DNA of 63,988 bases, counting the filler, from Octopus bimaculoides (taxonomy: Eukaryota): assembly GCF_001194135.2 (NCBI RefSeq). It is 5 parts of 5 records of this genome, joined end to end, with 100 filler letters (N's around TTAATTAATTAA, not from the genome) between each part and the next. Parts side by side here need not be neighbours in the genome. Positions count along the whole stretch, not along the records: positions 1 to 10,060 come from NC_068985.1; positions 10,161 to 19,780 come from NC_068992.1; 3 more parts are not named here. The stretch is one strand, 5' to 3'. This document shows, piece after piece, positions 1-10,314 of the stretch. Position 1 is the stretch's first letter. Each line of letters begins with the position of its first letter. The translations under genes were made by a program, and so were the position numbers. The notes under the pieces were generated by a model. The model was not told the DNA's origin, did no database searches, and was given only the letters and a program-made list of their open reading frames with translations.

Positions 1-3000
1 TCGAACGAACTACGTACGTTCAGGCCAAGTGCGACAAACGCAGTTCCGTAGTTCTTGGCTCGAACGAACGTACGTACGTTCGGGCCAAGAGCAGCGAACG
101 AAGTTCCGTAACTCGTGGCTCGAACAAACGTACGTACGTTTAGGCCAAGTGCGACAAACGCAGTTCAGTAGTTATTGGCTCGAACAAACGTACGTACGTT
201 CGGGCCAAGAGCAGCGAACGAAGTTGAGTAGCTCTTGGCTGGAATGAACGTACGTACGTTGGGGCCAAGAGCAACGAATGAAGTTCCGTAGATCTAGGAT
301 CGAATGAACGTACGTACGTTCAGGCCAAGAGCGACAAACGCATTTCCGTTGCACTTGGCTCGAACGAACGTACGTACGTTCGGGCCAAGAGCAGCGAACG
401 AAGTTCCGTAGCTCTTGGCTCGAACGAACGTACGTACGTTCAGGCCAAGAGCGACAAACGCAGTTCCGTAGCGCTTGGCTCGAACGAATGTACGTACGTT
501 CGAGCCAAGAGCAACGAACGCAGTTCCTTAGATCTTGGCTCGAACGAGCGTACGTAGTTTCGGGAAAAAGAGCAACGAACTAAGTTCCGTAGGTCTTGGC
601 TCGAATGAACGTACGTACGTGCGGGCCAAGGGCAACGAACTAAGTTCCGTAGATCTAGGCTCGAGCGAACGTACTTACGTTCAGACCAAGTGCAACGAAA
701 GAAGTTCCGTAGATCTTGGCTCGAACGAACGTACGTACGTTCAGGCCTAATGCGACAAACGCAGTTCCGGAGATCTTGGCTCTAACGAACGTACGTACGT
801 ACGTTCGGACCAAGAGCAGCGAACGAAGTTCCGTAGCGCTTGGCACAAACGAAAGTACATACGTTCGGGCCAAGAGCAGCGAACACAGTTCCGTAGCTCT
901 TGGCCCGAACGAACGTACGTACGTTGGGGCCAAGAGCAACGAACGAACGTACATACGTTCGGGTCAAGAGCAACGAACACAGTTCCGTAGATCTTGGCTC
1001 GAACAAACGTACGTACGTTGGGGCCAAGAGCAACGTACGAAGTTCCGTAGCTCTTGGCTCGAACGAACGTACGTACGTTAAGCCAAGACCAGCGAACGAA
1101 GTTCCGTAGCTCGTGGCTCGAACGAACGTACGTACTTTCAGGCTAAGAGCAGCGCNNNNNNNNNNTTCCGTAGCTCGTGGCTCGAACGAACGTACGTACT
1201 TTCAGGCTAAGAGCAGCGCACGAAGTTCCGTAGCTCTTGGCTCGAACGAACGTACGTACGTTCGGGCCAAGAGCAGCGAACGATGTTCCGTAGCTCTTGG
1301 ATTGAACGAACGTACGTATGTTGGGGACTAGTGCGACAAACGCATTTCTGCAGCACTTGGCTCGAACGAAAGAACGTATGTTCGGGCCAAGAGCAGCGAA
1401 CGAAGTTCCGTAGCTCTTGGCTCGAACGAACGTACGTACGTTCAGGCCAAGAGCGACAAACGCAGTTCCGTAGCGCTTGGCTCGAACGAACGTACGTACG
1501 TTCGAGCAAAGAGCAACGAACGCAGTTCCTTAGAACTTGGCTCGAACGAGCGTACGTAGTTTCAGGAAAAAGAGCAACGAACTAAGTTCCGTAGGTCTTG
1601 GCTCGAATGAACGTACGTACGTTCGGGCCAAGAGCAACGAACGAAGCCCTGTAGCTCTTGGCTCGAACGAACGTACGTACGTCAAGCCAAGAGCAGCGAA
1701 CGAAGTTCCGTAGCTCGTGGCTCGATCGAACGTACGTACGATCAGGCCAAGAGAATCGAACGAAGTTCCGTAACACTTAGCTCGAACGAACGTACCTACA
1801 TTCGGGCCAAGAGCAGCGAACGAAGTAGCGTAGCACTGGGCTGGAATGAACGTACGTACGTGCGGGCCAAGGGCAACGAACTAAGTTCCGTAGATCTAGG
1901 CTCGATCGAACGTACTTACGTTCAGACCAAGTGCAACGAACGAAGTTCCGTAGATCTTGGCTCGGACGAACGTACGTACGTTCAGGCCTAGTGCGACAAA
2001 CGCAGTTCCGAAGATCTTGGCTCGAACGAACATACGTACGTTCGGACCAAGAGCAGCGAACGAAGTTCCGTAGCGCTTGGCACAAACGAAAGTACATACG
2101 TTCGGGCCAAGAACAGCGAACGAAGTTCCGTAGATCTTGGCTCGAACGAACGTACGTACNNNNNNNNNNNNNNNNNNNNNNNNNNNNNNNNNNNNNNNNN
2201 NNNNNNNNNNNNNNNNNNNNNNNNNNNNNNNNNNNNNNNNNNNNNNNNNNNNNNNNNNNNNNNNNNNNNNNNNNNNNNNNNNNNNNNNNNNNNNNNNNNN
2301 NNNNNNNNNNNNNNNNNNNNNNNNNNNNNNNNNNNNNNNNNNNNNNNNNNNNNNNNNNNNNNNNNNNNNNNNNNNNNNNNNNNNNNNNNNNNNNNNNNNN
2401 NNNNNNNNNNNNNNNNNNNNNNNNNNNNNNNNNNNNNNNNNNNNNNNNNNNNNNNNNNNNNNNNNNNNNNNNNNNNNNCTTTCGGGAAAAAGAGCAACGA
2501 ACGAAGTTCCGTAGCACTTGGCTCCAATGAACGTACGTACGTTGGGTCCAATAGCAACGAACGAAGTTCCGTAGCTCTTGGCTCGAACGAACGTACGTAC
2601 GTTAAGCCAAGACCAGCGAACGAAGTTCCGTAGCTCGTGGCTCGAACGAACGTACGTACTTTCAGGCTAAGAGCAGCGCACGAAGTTCCATAGCTCTTGG
2701 CTCGAACGAACGTACGTACGTGCGGGCCAAGAGCAGCGAACGAAGTTCCGTAGATCTTGGCTCGAACGAACGTACGTTGGGGCCAAGAGCAACGAACGAA
2801 GTTCCGTAGCTCTTGGCCCGAACGAACGTACGTACTTTGGGGCCAAGAGCAACGAACGAAGTTCCCTAGCTCTTGGCTCGAACGAACGTACGTACGATGG
2901 GGCCGAGAGCAACGAACGAAGTTCCGTAGCTCTTGGCTCGAACGAACGTACGTACGTTCAGGCCAAGAGCAACGAACACAGTTCCGTAGATCTTGGCTCG

Positions 3001-5737
3001 AACAAACGTACGTACTTTCGGGAAAAAGAGCAACGAACGAAGTTCCGTAGCACTTGGCTCCAATGAACCTACGTACGTTGGGTCCAAGAGCAACGAACGA
3101 AGTTCCGTAGCTCTTGGCTCGAACGAACGTGCGTATGTTAAGCCAAGACCAGCGAACGAAGTTCCGTAGCTCGTGGCTCGAACGAACGTACGTACTTTCA
3201 GGCTAAGAGCAGCGCACGAAGTTCCGTAGCTCTTGGCTCGAACGAACGTACGTACGTTAAGCCAAGAGCAGCGAACGAAGTTCCGTAGATCTTGGCTCGA
3301 ACGAACGTACGTTGGGGCCAAGAGCAACGAACGAAGTTCCCTAGCTCTTGGCTCGAACGAACGTACGTACGATGGAGCCAAGAGCAACGAACGAAGTTCC
3401 GTATCTCTAGGCTCGAACGAATGTACGTACGTTCGGGCGTAGACCAACGAACGAAGTTCCCTGGCGCTTTGCTGGAACGAACGTACGTACGTTGGGGCCA
3501 AGAGCGACAAACGCAGTTCTGTAGATCTTGGCGCGAACGAACGTACGTACGTTCGGGCCAAGAGCAACGAACACAGTTCCGTAGATCTTGCCTCGTAGGA
3601 ACGTACGTACGTTCGGGCCAAGTGCAACGAACGAAGTTCCGTAGCTCTTGGCTCGAACGAACGTACGTACGTTCAGGCCAAGATTGACAAACGCAGTTCC
3701 ATAGATCTTGGCTCGAACGAACGTACATACGTTCGGGTCAAAAGCAACGAACGAAGTTCCGTAGCTCTTGGCTCTAAAGAACGTACGTACGTTCAGGCCA
3801 TGATCAGCGAAGAATGTTCAGTAGCTCTTGGCTCGAACGAACGTACGTATGTTCAGACCAAGAGCAGCGAACGAAGTTCCGTAGCTCTTGGCTCGGTCGA
3901 ACGTACGTACATTGGGGCCAAGAGCAACAAACGAAGTTCCGTAGCTCTAGGGTCAAACGAACGTACGTAAGTTAGGGCCAAGATCAACGAACGAATTTCC
4001 GTAGCTCTATGCTCGAACGAACATACGCAGGTTCGGGCAAAGTGCAACGAACGAAGTTCCGTAGCTCTAGGCTCGAACGGACGTACGTAGGTTGGGGCCA
4101 AGCGCAACGACCGAAGTTCCGTTGTACTGGGTTCGAACGAACGTACGTACGTTCGGGCCAAGAGCAATGAACGAAGTTGCGTAGCTCTTGGCACGAACGA
4201 ACGTACGTACGTTCGGGCCAAGTGCAACGAACGAAGTTCCGTAGCTCTAGGCTCAAACGGACGTACGTAGGTTCGGGCCAAGCGCAACGAACGAAGTTCC
4301 GTAGCTCGTGGCTCGAACGAACGTACGTACGTTCGGGCCAAGACTAGCGAACGAAGTTCCATAGCTCGTGGCTCGAACGAACGTACGTACCTTCAGGAAA
4401 TGAGCAGCGCACGAAGTTCCGTAGCTCTTGGCTTGAACGAACGCACGTATGTTGGGGCCTAGTGCGACAAACGCATTTCTGTAGCACTTGGCTCGAACGA
4501 AAGAACGTATGTTCGGGCCAAGAGCAGCGAACGAAGTTCCGTAGCTCTTGGCTCGAACGAACGTACGTACGTTGAGGCCAAGAGCGACAAACGCAGTTCT
4601 GTAGATCTTGGCGCGAACGAACGTACATACGTTCGGGCCAAGAGCAACGAACACAGTTCCGTAGATCTTGGCTCGAACAAACGTACGTACTTTCGGGAAA
4701 AAGAGCAACGAACACAGTTCCGTAGCTCTTGGCAGGAACGAACGTACGTACGTTAGGGCCAAGGGCAGCGAACGAAGTTCCGTAGCCCTTGACTCGAACG
4801 AACGTACGTACGTTCGGGCCAAGAGCAACGAATGAAGTTCCGTAGCTCTAGACTCGAACGAACGTACGTATGTTCGGGCCAAGACCAACGAACGAAGGTC
4901 GGTAGCTTTTTGCTCGAACAAACGTACGTACGTTGGGGCCAAGTGTTGCGAACTCAATTCCGTAGCTCTTGGCTCGAACGAACGTACGTACGTTCAGGCC
5001 AAGTGCGACAAACGCAGTTCCGTAGCTCTTGGCTCGAACGAATGTAGGTACGTACGTTCGGACCAAGAGCAGCGAACGAAGTTCCGTAGCTCTTGGCTCA
5101 AACGAAAGTACATACGTTCGTGCCAAGAACAGTGAACGAAGTTCCGTAGCTCTTGGCGCGAACGAACGTACATACATTCGGGCCAAGAGCAGCGAACACA
5201 GTTCCGTAGAACTTGGCTCGAACAAACGTACGTACTTTCGGGAAAAAGAGCAACGAACGAAGTTCCGTAGCACTTGGCTCCAATGAACGTACGTACGTTG
5301 GGGCCAAGTGCAACGAACGAAATTCCGTAGCTCTTGTCTCGAACGAACGTACGTACGTTCGGGCGTAGACCAACGAACGAAGTTCCGTGGCTCTTGGCTC
5401 GAACGAACGTACGTACGTTCGGGCCATGATCAGCGAAGAAAGTTCAGTAGCTCTTGGCTCGAACGAACGTACGTATGTTCGGACCAAGAGCAGGGAACGA
5501 AGTTCCGTAGCTCTTAGCTCGATCGAACGTACGTACGTTCGGGCCAAGAGCAACGAATGAAGTTCCGTAGCTCTAGACTCGAACGAACGTACGTGTGTTC
5601 GGGCCAAGAGCAACGAACGAAGGTCGGTAGCTTTTTGCTCGAACAAACGTACGTACGTTCGGGCCAGGTGTTGCGAACTCAATTCCGTAGCTGTTGGCTC
5701 GAACGAATGTAGGTACGTACGTTCGGACCAAGAGCAG
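1..5737. repeat. 60-bp CpG-rich tandem satellite (about 90 units, interrupted by N gaps; runs off the window start)
   Basis: Consensus TCGAACGAACGTACGTACGTTCGGGCCAAGAGCAGCGAACGAAGTTCCGTAGCTCTTGGC repeats at ~60-nt period (some 56/61/64-nt variants). It has 9 CpG per unit and contains the 18-bp palindrome CGAACGTACGTACGTTCG. All ORFs called here are repeat translations. Confidence 0.98.
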
Positions 5738-6214
5738 NNNNNNNNNNNNNNNNNNNNNNNNNNNNNNNNNNNNNNNNNNNNNNNNNNNNNNNNNNNNNNN
5801 NNNNNNNNNNNNNNNNNNNNNNNNNNNNNNNNNNNNNTAATTGTTTAATAATCAATATAAATACTTATAAAAATACAAATGTATAAAATATATGTACTGC
5901 AATTTTAATCAACAAATAAAGAATATTTATCTAACAATGCTGTGTTGAGCACTCATTCTCATTGTTCAATATTTGCATACATGCATGTACACACATACAC
6001 ATGCACATTCATTCTTTGCAGTTTCACTCTAACAGATTTCACTCACAATATATTGATCAACCTGAGGCTGCAGTAGAAGGTACTTATCCAAGCTGCTGTG
6101 TAGTGACTTGAAGAAAACTTCTTAGCCACGCAGTTATTTTAGTTTACAATAATAAATTCAACTCCTGCATAAATGTAGCTTGAAGCTGATACTACCTTGA
6201 TACATTATATCAGT

Positions 6215-6600
6215 GGAGGCGCAATGGCCCAGTGGTCAGGGCAGCGGACTCGTGGTCGGAGGATCGTGGTTTTGATTCCCAGACCGGGCGTTGTGAGTGT
6301 TTATTGAGCGAAAACACCTAAAGCTCCACGAGGCTCCGGCAGGGGATGGTGGCGAACCCTGGTGTACTCTTTCACCACAACTTTCTCTCACTCTTACTTC
6401 CTGTTTCTGTTGTACCTGTATTTCATAGGGCCAGCCTTGTTACACTGTGTCACGCTGAATATCCCCGAGAATTACGTTAAAGGTACACGTGTCTGTGGAG
6501 TGCTCAGCCACTTGAACGTTAATTTCACGAGCAGGTTGTTCCGTTGGTCGGATCAACTGGAACCCCTGACGTCGTAAGTGACAGAGTGCCAACAACAACA
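6215..6600 (+). mobile_element. tRNA-derived SINE, near full length (family C in this report)
   Basis: A-box-like TGGCCCAGTGG and B-box-like GGTTTTGATTCCC head, and a (CAA)n tail. Related diverged pieces lie at ~30430-30600, ~40255-40505 (minus) and ~44860-44945. Confidence 0.8.
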
Positions 6601-6702
6601 AACTTAGACCTATGAATTTGTGCTTCAAGATTCCTGATGTAAAACCGTGTATTGAAACAGATATAGTTATATTTCGGGACTGTCCTTTTTTTTTTTTGGG
6701 GG

Positions 6703-7008
6703 GTCAAATAAACGCATGCACTATATATTCATTCTTACTCGTTTATTACTGTTCATATTTTAACTCATGTCTATTGTCCGGAAATCTTTCGTCACACATC
6801 TGTGACCTCTTTAGCGAGACTTTCTGTTCCCGTGTGTACTCCTGCTCCATCATTCTATTGACTAAGCGGAGCAGGAGCACACACGAGGACGGAAAGTGTC
6901 ATTGAAGAGGTCACAGATGTGTGACGAAAGATTTCCGGACAATAGACACGAGTCAGAATAAAAAAAAACGAGTCAAGAATGAATATATAGTGCATGTGCT
7001 TATTTGGC
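6703..7008. mobile_element. Foldback/MITE-like element: ~145-bp inverted arms around a 19-nt spacer
   Basis: Arms 6703-6848 and 6868-7008 are reverse complements, including a perfect 44-bp block TGTCTATTGTCCGGAAATCTTTCGTCACACATCTGTGACCTCTT. No clear TSD is visible. Confidence 0.8.
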
Positions 7009-7797
7009 AAAAGAAAAAAAGAAAAAGAAAATGACCATCGCGAACAACAAAAACGTCTTACATTTTTTTTCGATAGGTAAGTTTGATTGAGAATATTTTT
7101 ATTATAGCAAGATTTGAAGATTTGTGATATTGAAATATTTTCCAAAGCATTGAGTAATGAAGACGAAATGAATTGCTTTCGTGTGAGGAATAAAAAAAAA
7201 ACAAACAAACAGGATATTAAACTATTTTAGTGAGAACCAACAACCGAATTGCTGCCTCTGCATAGGATGACTTGACAATGCGGGTGTCTCTATGCGGCAG
7301 CTAGATCACCTAGACACAACAGCCAAATTCTCTCAACCATAAACTGCCATCTTAAAAAAAAGAAGGACACATTTAAGAATGTTGTCCTACATATCCAAAA
7401 AGACGAAATGGATATTGCTAGCAGACCCCCTAAAATAAACCGTTCGATAAAAGGAGAGCTGGGCAAAATAAAACTCACTCAAAATGTATTTTCTGAATGC
7501 TGACTATCGTGAAATACAGAGCTGATACTTACATACATAAATACATACATACGTACATACATGCATGCATACATATACAAGATAAACAGATAGACAGACG
7601 GACGGACAGACTGATAGACGAATAATTCGTTTGAAGTTCTTTGCAGTTTGTTTGGAACTCTAAAGTTCTTGCAATTATAAATGTATCTAAACTAATTCAG
7701 TCTGCATTTACAATAAGGAGCAATTTTAATGACTCACACGTTATATAACACAAAACAAAAACTTAAAAATTCAGTTTTTTTTTCAATAATAACCATA

Positions 7798-7952
7798 GGT
7801 GCAGGCATGGCTATGAGGTTAAGCAGTTTACTTCCACACCAGAAGGTTTTGGATTCAGTCACAGTGTTGGGAAATATTAGGCAAGTGTCTTCTACTGTAG
7901 CCCTGAGCCGACTAAAGCACTGCGAGTGAATTTGGTAGGCAGAAACTGAAAG
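7798..7952 (+). mobile_element. SINE family A, 5' half only (interrupted)
   Basis: Matches the head of intact copies (e.g. 59364-59787) up to GGAAACTGAAAG, then switches to a family B head. Confidence 0.75.
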
Positions 7953-8015
7953 GAGGCGGCGAGCTGGCAGAAACGTTAGAAGGCCGGGCGAAATGCTTAA
8001 CGGTATTTCGTCTCC
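7953..8015 (+). mobile_element. SINE family B head fragment, cut by the Tx1-like LINE
   Basis: GGCGGCGAGCTGGCAGAAACGTTAG...ATGCTTAACGGTATTTCGTCT matches family B heads at 31092-31300 and 50780-50905, but ends before the GAGTTCAAA B-box. Confidence 0.75.
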
Positions 8016-8208
8016 GTGAGTATTGTTTGTTACGCGTCGCACATGTGTTCGTGGTGAAAATTGCTGTTTATTAGTGTTATTATTTATAATAACTACTCTT
8101 TTTATTAACTACTGTTTATGTTAAATTTCTAACTGTTGGAGTTTTCATTTGAAAACATTAAGTGCTTGTAGAAAGCACACGTTGTTCATTCCCCCGTTGG
8201 GAGGAAGA

Positions 8209-9733
8209 ATGTCGTCGAGCGAGAGGCCTAACATTGGAACAGAGATGTCTGGTGAAGAGAAGAATTTTTTGTTGTCTGGCGAGGAGCCAACTACGAGCAA
8301 AAAACCAATGGATTCCCCCGAAAAAGGAATTTTTGATTCCCCCGTTACAAAAAAGTACAACAAAATGTATGAAATATTTGGAGATGTGTCTGAAAGCTCG
8401 TCAGAACTTTCACAAGAAGATTTCCCAAGTTTGACAAAAAATAGTATTGTGTCCAAAAGAATAATCGATGTACCTAGCATCCAGACTGAGCAACCAAAAA
8501 AGGAAAAAAAAAGTTTTGCGTTGGCAGCTGGGCGTGGAACCCGGCTGCTTTCGACGAACAAGTCTGACTATATGAAATATAGAGAAATAATGGAAATAAA
8601 CGATAACGTGGTTAAAATACAACCACCGCAGCAATTAATACAAGAAGAAAAACAGAAGACAATAATATTTAAAACTTACTGTTTACAAAAAAGAAAAATC
8701 GAAAGATTTACAGAAGAGAAGATAGAAAAGTGCTTGAAGCAAATATGGAGCGACGTAATTTATCTGACAAGAGGCAAGAAGTTTGGTACAGTGGAAGTAA
8801 GGTTTGCCAACAAGGAAATGGCACAAAAGCATTCCGTAGAAACCCTGAAAACGGACTACGTGGCGCTCATCCCCACGTATATGGGGATGAGAACGTCCAG
8901 AATTAAAATAACAAGGGTCTCACCGGAAGTGGATCCTATGTGGGTGGTGGAGGCAGTCCTAGTCAAAGAGGAAGAGAAAATTACCCTCCTCCAGGCTGCC
9001 GTTACCGAAAACGCTAACTGGACTGGCCAAACAGTTAGTCTCCGTATCCAGGCTGACCCAAAAATAATTGAAGCCATTTCCGAGACAATTCAGATAGGGG
9101 AGGAGAACCTCGTGGTGTTTGTTGAGGGTCGAAAACCCCGGTAGTTTTTGTGCGGCCAATTAGGCCACATTTGAAGGAACTGCAAGGAAAATGAGGAAGA
9201 CGAGGAAGAGGAAAAAGAGGAAGAAGAAAAAAAGAAAAAGACGAGAAGAAAACAACAAATAAAAGAAAAAATACAATCAGCAACTCAACCGAGAGCGGCG
9301 ATTACTACAGAACAACGACCAAAAAAAACTGCAAGAACAGAAAAAGAGGAGAAAGGCATAATAGCCGTATACAGTAAAGATGCTGAGCTAATGAGAGACA
9401 TTCAATTAATTAAGACTGCTAAAAAAAAAAAAAGATAACCTTGCAGAGAACTACAACAATTATGACGTGTATGAAGTCTCAAATAAGACTCATAGAATTT
9501 TACAAAATGAATACCGTAAGACAGTATCATCTATGAGACTGGACTTTAATAAGTCTATATTTAATGGACTACCAGCCCCGATCCCTCGAGAAAAAGAAAA
9601 GGTGGAGACCCCACCTCCACCTGATAATTCAGTAATGAGATGGGTTTTTAACAAACCTTTTTCTCAAGACCTGCCACCTCCGACCCTGTATCAAGAAAAG
9701 GTGGAGAGTCCCACTCCACCGGACAAGCCCTGA
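8209..9733 (+). pseudogene. LINE ORF1 (gag-like nucleic-acid chaperone), disrupted
   Basis: Open from ATG 8209 to TAG 9142-9144, including the RRM-like KQIWSDVIYLTRGKKFGTVEVRFANKEMA. The same frame then reads PR*FLCGQLGHI*RNC (C-x2-C-x4-H-x4-C knuckle with two stops, 9142-9183) and an E/K-rich tract. A Pro-rich segment (9467-9733) probably follows via a frameshift in poly-A. Confidence 0.75.
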
Positions 9734-9747
9734 TTACCAGGTAAGTC

Positions 9748-10060
9748 ATGTCTGTTCACATTGGTTGTATAAATGTTCGTGGCCTGTTGTCTAGCTGGAA
9801 GCAAGGACGCTTCCTAAATGACATCAGGTCAAGAAAATTGGATGTGATTGTTGCAACGGAAACCCGAGTAAAGGGGCCAAGAGATCTGTCTCCCCTCCTG
9901 AACGGCTACGAGAAATACGTTTCTCCGAGTCGGGCTGGGGGTGGGGTGTTGGTCCTACTAAAAAGAAACCGGGTAACCGAGAAAAAGTTGTTTTTTTCTG
10001 ATCCAGAAGGCAGGCTGGTCGTTCTCGACCTGACATTCAGTTGTGGCAAGATAATTAGGC
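9748..10060 (+). CDS. LINE ORF2 N-terminus: apurinic-like (EEP/APE) endonuclease domain, partial
   Basis: MSVHIGCINVRGL...LDVIVATETR...GGGVLVLLK...DPEGRLVVLDL contains the NVRGL, D-x4-(Q/T)ET, GGV-x3-L and GR-x3-D motifs of L1/Tx1 endonucleases. Confidence 0.9.
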
Positions 10061-10160
10061 NNNNNNNNNNNNNNNNNNNNNNNNNNNNNNNNNNNNNNNN
10101 NNNNTTAATTAATTAANNNNNNNNNNNNNNNNNNNNNNNNNNNNNNNNNNNNNNNNNNNN
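10061..10160. other. Artificial scaffold linker N44-TTAATTAATTAA-N44
   Basis: Exactly 100 bp; the 12-mer places stops in all six frames. The identical construct occurs four times. Confidence 0.97.
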
Positions 10161-10275
10161 TATGCACGCGCACATGCGCATATACACACTTGCATATGCA
10201 TATATATGTATAAGTACACACACACACTCATACAGACATACATAGACACATACATACACAGACACAGAGACGCAG

Positions 10276-10314
<39 letters not shown>

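Larger units (their letters stand above)
8016..10060 (+). mobile_element. Tx1/L1-clade non-LTR retrotransposon, 5' portion (5' UTR, ORF1, start of ORF2), cut by the scaffold linker
   Basis: Two-ORF layout: a gag-like ORF1 with an RRM-like segment and CCHC knuckle, then ORF2 starting with an APE endonuclease motif. Confidence 0.85.

Noticed and set aside
1-5737. CRISPR array or ribozyme-bearing satellite; dozens of repetitive ORFs (RTYVRS...)
   Set aside because: The spacers are not unique and there are no cas genes. No CUGANGA/GAAA core occurs on either strand of the consensus. The ORFs are translations of a 60-bp period with frequent frame breaks.
10105-10116. TTAATTAATTAA as a biological motif (also 19825, 29369, 32230)
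   Set aside because: It is always centred in exactly 44+44 Ns, so it is an assembly linker.
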